A DNA stretch of 52,774 nucleotides, the filler included, from Dirinaria sp. TL-2023a (lineage: Eukaryota), in the NCBI GenBank assembly GCA_051941275.1. It is 2 parts of 2 records of this genome, joined end to end, with 100 filler letters (N's around TTAATTAATTAA, not from the genome) between each part and the next. Parts side by side here need not be neighbours in the genome. Positions count along the whole stretch, not along the records: positions 26,491 to 52,774 come from JAVEBF010000164.1; 1 more part is not named here. One strand, written 5' to 3'. Each line of letters opens with the position of its first letter. Positions within the stretch are counted from its first letter, which is position 1. The notes under the pieces were generated by a model, which was not told the DNA's origin, made no database searches, and worked only from the letters and a program-made list of their open reading frames with translations. Of the stretch, positions 47,301 to 52,774 are shown one piece after another. The position numbers were made by a program, and so were the translations under genes.

Positions 47301-50300
47301 ATTGAGGACATAAAGCAAAAGTCCAAAATTGTAGCAAATGGATACCCGGAAGAAAGCCCGTCCGGTAATCGCAGCGTTCCGTTGGATCTTACCAATGTCA
47401 CCAGCTTAGTCGATGAAGTCGAGGCTCATGGAATCTTCTTCCTATGCTCACAGTCCAGACGAGTCCGCTCATACGCAGTCAGAGTTCTGAGGTTGATCAC
47501 AGAATTTGACACTGCTCTTGGACATGAACACCCGCGGATCATTCATCTCCTGGAAGGAGATACCCTGAAAGTGATGGACATCAATGATGGACAACTTTCA
47601 GTTGCGGAACGCAGTCGACTGCAGAAAGGCAAGCGCAAGAGTATGTCTCAGAGTACGATGGTGGAGCTGTGCAGCAGCGACGTCTCCTACGATTCTACTC
47701 TATGGTTCAAGATCTTTCCGAATCTCGTTCGTATCAGCTGCGAAACCTGTCTGAACGCAATGACTTTGGCAAACGGAATAGTTTGCGCCCGTCTGCAGCA
47801 GATGCAGGATACCATTGCTCACCTCGCCTCAAGTATACGTGGGCCACAAGTTACTCCGAGTGATGGAAATCCTCTCCGCAATTTGACACGACTTGGTACC
47901 ACATCCCCAGATATCATTATTGAGCAATGGAAACTATATTTGATTATGGCTTGCACTACGATGAAAGATGCCGGTGCACAAACCCAAAGTCAGCTAGCTA
48001 ATGCGCAGCATGCGCGAAAGATATCGCAAAAGAGCACACAAGAAAAGGTATTAACCACATCATCAGGCCGCCAGCTCTTTGCTTCTGTCATACCGCTTCT
48101 GTCAGCGACTCGTGGTACCATCCGGGACGCCATTGTCATCGCACTTGGGTCTATAAACATTGCACTTTACAGGACCCTTCTCGAGTCCTTGCAATACGCT
48201 GTCACTACATGTAAAGAGGATGCCAAGCTGCGCATCGGTAAACATCAGCGAACAGGGAGCAGTCCTCGCCGAAATCGTAAAACAGATCTCCTAAGGACTG
48301 AAGTTACTCATGTTTACAGACTCACTTCTCGGTTTTTGCGTGATTCGGCTGTACTCCAAGATGAATGGATACTGAATAATCTATCTACGTACACGAAAGA
48401 TCTCATGATCTTCCTTAGCGACGCCGAGATTCAGAACGATTGGGAGTGCCAACGGCTCCGTCGTCATTACTGTGGATTATTGGAAGAGCTTTATGAAGGG
48501 ATCAGTCGGACACAGGATTCCTCCAGATGGATGGCATTTGAATCAAGAAAATCCTCGTTTGCTCTCATGGAAGAGTGGTGTGGGTACTCACCAAACCAGA
48601 GCCGGATCAGCCAACGCGAGGACAATATGCGACAAAATATCATCGACCAGCATCAAGATACAGGTGAGAGGACTAACGTAACTGCCGCCATCGAAATTGA
48701 AAAGAGAAACCTTAAGACTGCCGCATTGAGTGCTATGGCAGCGCTTTGTGCTGGGCCGATTCGGATATACTACAACAAGGGGGACCACTTAGCTTTCGAT
48801 GTTCGGAGAATGCTCTCCTGGATTGATCAGATCTTTGAAAATTCGAACGACAAGATACATCTCATCGGGCGTCGGGCACTCGAAAATCTGATCACTCACA
48901 ATCGTGATTATCCCTACCTAATGGAGCATTCTATAGAAAAGTGCTACGCACCTGACAGACCGCAAGCGTTAGAGAGCTATTTCCAAGTGGTGACTAAAGT
49001 GTTGATGGAATACGATGATTATCCGTTAGCATTCTGGAGAATACTGGGTACTGTCCTATTTACGTTGGGCAGCGACAAAAGCCACATACGGATGAAGTCA
49101 GCAAAACTACTGCGCACTTTGGAACAACGTCAACAGAAAAGCTCGAAGTTGCAAGATTTTGATATAAGCATATCGGACCGCACGGCTGCCGTGTATAAGT
49201 TGGCTCAATTCGAAGTCTCAAGGAGACTTGCAAAACAGCACGGGGAGCTCGCATTCTTTATCTTCTCTCAATTTTCGGTACACTTCAAGAACATTTCATC
49301 TGATAGTCAGCGCAACATGATTGCTGCCATTCTTCCGTGGATCCAGACGGTGGAGCTTCAACTGGATCCTGGCGGAGGTCCTACCGCCCAATCCTATATG
49401 CTGCTTGCTAATCTTCTGGAGATCACGACCAAAGTCAGTAGTACGTTACATAACGAGGTCCAAGCTCTTTGGCAAGCCCTTGCTACTGGACCGCATGGTG
49501 GCAACGTGCAATTGGTTTTAGACTTCGTTATTTCTCTATGCTTGGATCGGAGGGAGCAGAGCTTTGTTGATTACGCGAAGCAGATCGTTGTGTACCTGTC
49601 TAGCACACCGGCTGGCGAGAAAGTCGTCGAATTTCTCTTGCTCCAGATAACACCGAAAAATATGGTGCAAGAAAAGCGGGACCCTATGGTTATCCCACTG
49701 GATGCGCTGGGCCTGCCATATGTCGCAGATCTCTCGCAGGCATTGCCAATTGGTACCCGCCAGTCTGGGTTCTCTATGGGCCAGCTCTCGCTTATATTCC
49801 TCGTCGACTTGATGGTTGCCCCTGTAAAACTTGATAAAGACAGCGTACCGTTGCTTTTGCAAGTCATTCTCGTTCTGTGGGATCATTACACGCTCCTTGT
49901 TCAGGAACAATCTAGGGAGATGCTGGTACATCTTATACATGAGCTCGTGATTGCAAAGATCGAAGACAACACCACTATCCCGAATAAAGGAACGATCGAA
50001 GCGCTTGTCGAGTCCATTCGTCAGCATGAAACGAATGTTGTTTGGTCGTACGAAGATTGCAATGGAAAGGATGACGATGAAGAGGGCTCACGCGTGCCGA
50101 CCGCGATGACTTACGTGACCCAAGAAGTGGTCGATCTGTTCGCTATAGCCTATCCCAAAATTCACGAGCAATGGGCGAAGGTAACACTCAGCTGGGCCAC
50201 ATCCTGCCCGGTCCGGCATATAGCATGCAGGTCTTTTCAGATATTCCGCTGCATCCTGTCTGCAGTTGACCACGCAATGCTTGCAGATATGCTAGCCCGC

Positions 50301-52181
50301 TTGTCAAATACTATTGCTGACGAAGAGCCTGACATCCAGAATTTTTCTATGGAGATTCTCACTACACTGAAAACGATCATTGGTGCTTTGGAGCCAAGAG
50401 ATTTGCTAAAATTCCCTCAGCTCTTCTGGGCGACGTGTGTATGCTTGGACACACGATACGAGCGAGAATTTGTGGAGACGCTTGCAATGCTCGGCAAATT
50501 CCTGGAGAAAGTCGACCTTACTGACCCTGCTGTGGTCAAGATACTGAACGACAAAAGACCAGGTAATTGGCATGGCAATTTCGAAGGTATTGCACCTCTT
50601 ATCTACAAGGGCTTCAAATCTGCTTCGTCGTTGGACAAATCCCTGTCTATCATGGACAAGTTAGTCGCTCTGCCCGACAATGACCTCATTGGTAATAGAA
50701 CGAGATTACTGTTCGGAGTATTTGCGAATCTGCCTCGTTTCATGAAGTCTCTGGAAGACGGATCGAGGTGTCCGCTTTGCACTCACTCCGCGCAAGTCTT
50801 GGCCACTGTGGCCGAAACCCAAGAGCATCAAGAAATCGCATTAGTGCTGAATGCGTTTGCCAATAACCGATACACCATAGCCAAAGAATTTTTAGCGCAG
50901 GTGCTATCGATACTACGTAGAACTTTCTTCCCGACGTGGGAGCTGAAGACTTTGATATTCCTGATTGGGCTTTTGACAAACCCGCTTGCTTGGTTCAGGC
51001 TTAAAGTCCTGGAGATACTCTCTGTCTTACTACCACATATTGATACTCGAAGAACCGAGATAGCGAGCCAAGGACCTGATCTAATTTCCCCCTTACTACG
51101 ACTTTCAACGACTGAATACTGCCCTCAGGCTTTACGAGTGATGGATTTCTTTATGGTAATGTCAACAACCCCTATGGATACGCACCACATGCGAATGAGC
51201 ATGGCATCATCTGGATCGCGCTCTATACGTAAGGAATACGAGAAGACACAGAGTCTTTATGGCATTCCGGAGGACACGGGGTGGTCGATCCCAATGCCCG
51301 CGGTCCATTCAAGCACTACTCGAGCGAACATGCAAGCCGTCTTCTACACCTGCAACCAGTCCACGAGCAATGCAGCAGCCACTCCGGAGGTTGAGTTCCA
51401 TGCCGAAGAGTACAATCAAGGCTCTTACTTTCCGCTTGAACGCTCCGATACTTTGGCTTCGGAAGATCCTCGTGTTGAGATCACTTCCGAAAGCACCATG
51501 GGAGACCTCGTATCGAAGCTAGACAGTCTTGACGACTTTTTCGAGGACAGTTTGATGTCCGAAAATGGTACCACTCGACCTTACTCCACCTTGACGATTA
51601 CTGGTTTCAAGCCCGATGCTGATGGCCAAGCCGACTTATATGATCGACAAACAGCACCCATTTTGCACAAGCTCTCTCGTACGGCCAGCGTGACTTCGCT
51701 CCAGAACGGCTTTACTGAACATCATAGCTCATCGAGTCGTGATCCTGTGATGAGTCCTGCAGCTTTCGCCCCGAAACCCACACCGACTCCGACCCAAACG
51801 AATCCCCTACCGGTTCGGCCATCACTGCACTCCCGCTCTGTAACCACTCCCGCCAACAATTTACCAAAGATCGCAGGGTTGGACTTAGCCTCGGAGGATG
51901 AGACAGAGGACGTATTCTCGGAGGATGAGCGCGCTACCGGCCATGGTGGCTCTCGGATGCTTGGACCCGGGCTCAAGGCTGTCCAGAACGACTTGAGGAA
52001 AGTCCAGCCTGGCATCAGCGGGAAGGAATACCGGCAAAGGGATCTCCTGAGAGGCCAGTCGAGATCGAGAAGTCAAGCCCCGGACTCGCCGGATGTCCCG
52101 AAGGTGCCTGAGGCGTACTTGCGCGAGAATATCAAGCCGGCTGTTGACGTCCAAGAACGCCCGTCGCCTCTACATGAATAA
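44333..52181 (+). CDS. TAO3: RAM/MOR-network scaffold Tao3/Mor2/Pag1 (Furry); exons 44333-44336, 44417-45117, 45164-45394, 45441-52181
   Basis: Final exon of more than 2200 codons. LHHLFNS|FIAQAD..GVDPGFDQLISALGHIARQRPKFLIDTIMLWRK, ADRRSAVSIYLLCRILIE, FFLCSQSRRVR, IEQWKLYLI, WATSCPVRHIACRSFQIFR, YGIPEDTGWSIPMP. Start inferred from ATGG|GTGAGC..CTAAC..CAG|CT in frame. Confidence 0.95.
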
Positions 52182-52441
52182 TTCCAACGGTGTCGCCTCA
52201 CTTTCATCAAGCACTACCACCTCTCAAAACAACGACACATCCCATTCCATCCACCCTATCCGGTACTCGAGGTGGTCGAAGGTTAAACCTCCGTAAAGCC
52301 ATACCCCACCGGGTCTCGATCGCCTCACAATCTCGCTCCCATCGTCGCGCCTCTCCCCTATTTCCATGTAAATAAATTCAGCTGGTCTGCTTTGAGCTTG
52401 CAGCGTCCCACAAGCAGCAGCAGCAACCACAACAAGAACAA

Positions 52442-52477
52442 CATAGCATAGCATTACATAGCATAGTATAGCATAGC
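52442..52477. repeat. Imperfect (CATAG)n microsatellite downstream of TAO3
   Basis: catagcatagcattacatagcatagtatagcatagc. Confidence 0.85.
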
Positions 52478-52774
52478 TCTGGCGTCCGTGTCGTCGTCGT
52501 CGTTTATTCGGCGTTTTTTTCGCGCGGTTCTACGCCCTTGCTTTTTTTTATCAGGGAAGGAAGCAACCAGGTGATACATGTCATTTGTTCAGATACCTCA
52601 TAGAGCGCCAGGGAAAACAAGATTTTTTTCTCCCCTTTCCAATATTCGTCTGTGAAAGTGATTCAAAATGAGAAGAAATAGATATTGAAACCTCCCGATC
52701 AAATCCCCCCCTTTCCCACGATACGTAGTTAGTAGGAGGAATTCGGGGATCATCCCGTAATGAAAGGTTTGCTC

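Overview
Fungal nuclear DNA from a filamentous ascomycete. The evidence is short GT..CTRAC..YAG introns and Pezizomycotina-type orthologues. Two ordinary gene blocks flank an anomalous ~12 kb centre. Left block (1-17123): a coiled-coil hypothetical gene running off the window, a Dal5/Tna1-type MFS transporter, divergent UBC1/RPT2, a coiled-coil orphan, cyclin H (CCL1) and a fungal AAA+ ATPase. Right block (29800-52181): divergent RPN1/RIO2, a two-RRM Spo5/MSSP-like RNA-binding protein, and divergent NADPH-P450 reductase/TAO3. The centre has three parts. (i) ~17240-26390 is AT-rich and full of decayed reading frames; CC/GG dinucleotides are almost erased while CpG and CpA/TpG survive, which is not the canonical RIP signature. 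(ii) 26391-26490 is an artificial 100-nt N/TTAATTAATTAA contig linker. (iii) 26491-29400 is non-coding and holds an 8-copy ~117-146 bp tandem array with dispersed relatives. The array units carry a 43-nt intron-like cassette on the minus strand and telomere-like CCCTAA motifs, and two unit ends are followed by A-rich tails. The CC/GG-targeting mutagenesis and the array are the best candidates for undescribed biology. Exon coordinates and counts were read by eye; no searches were run.
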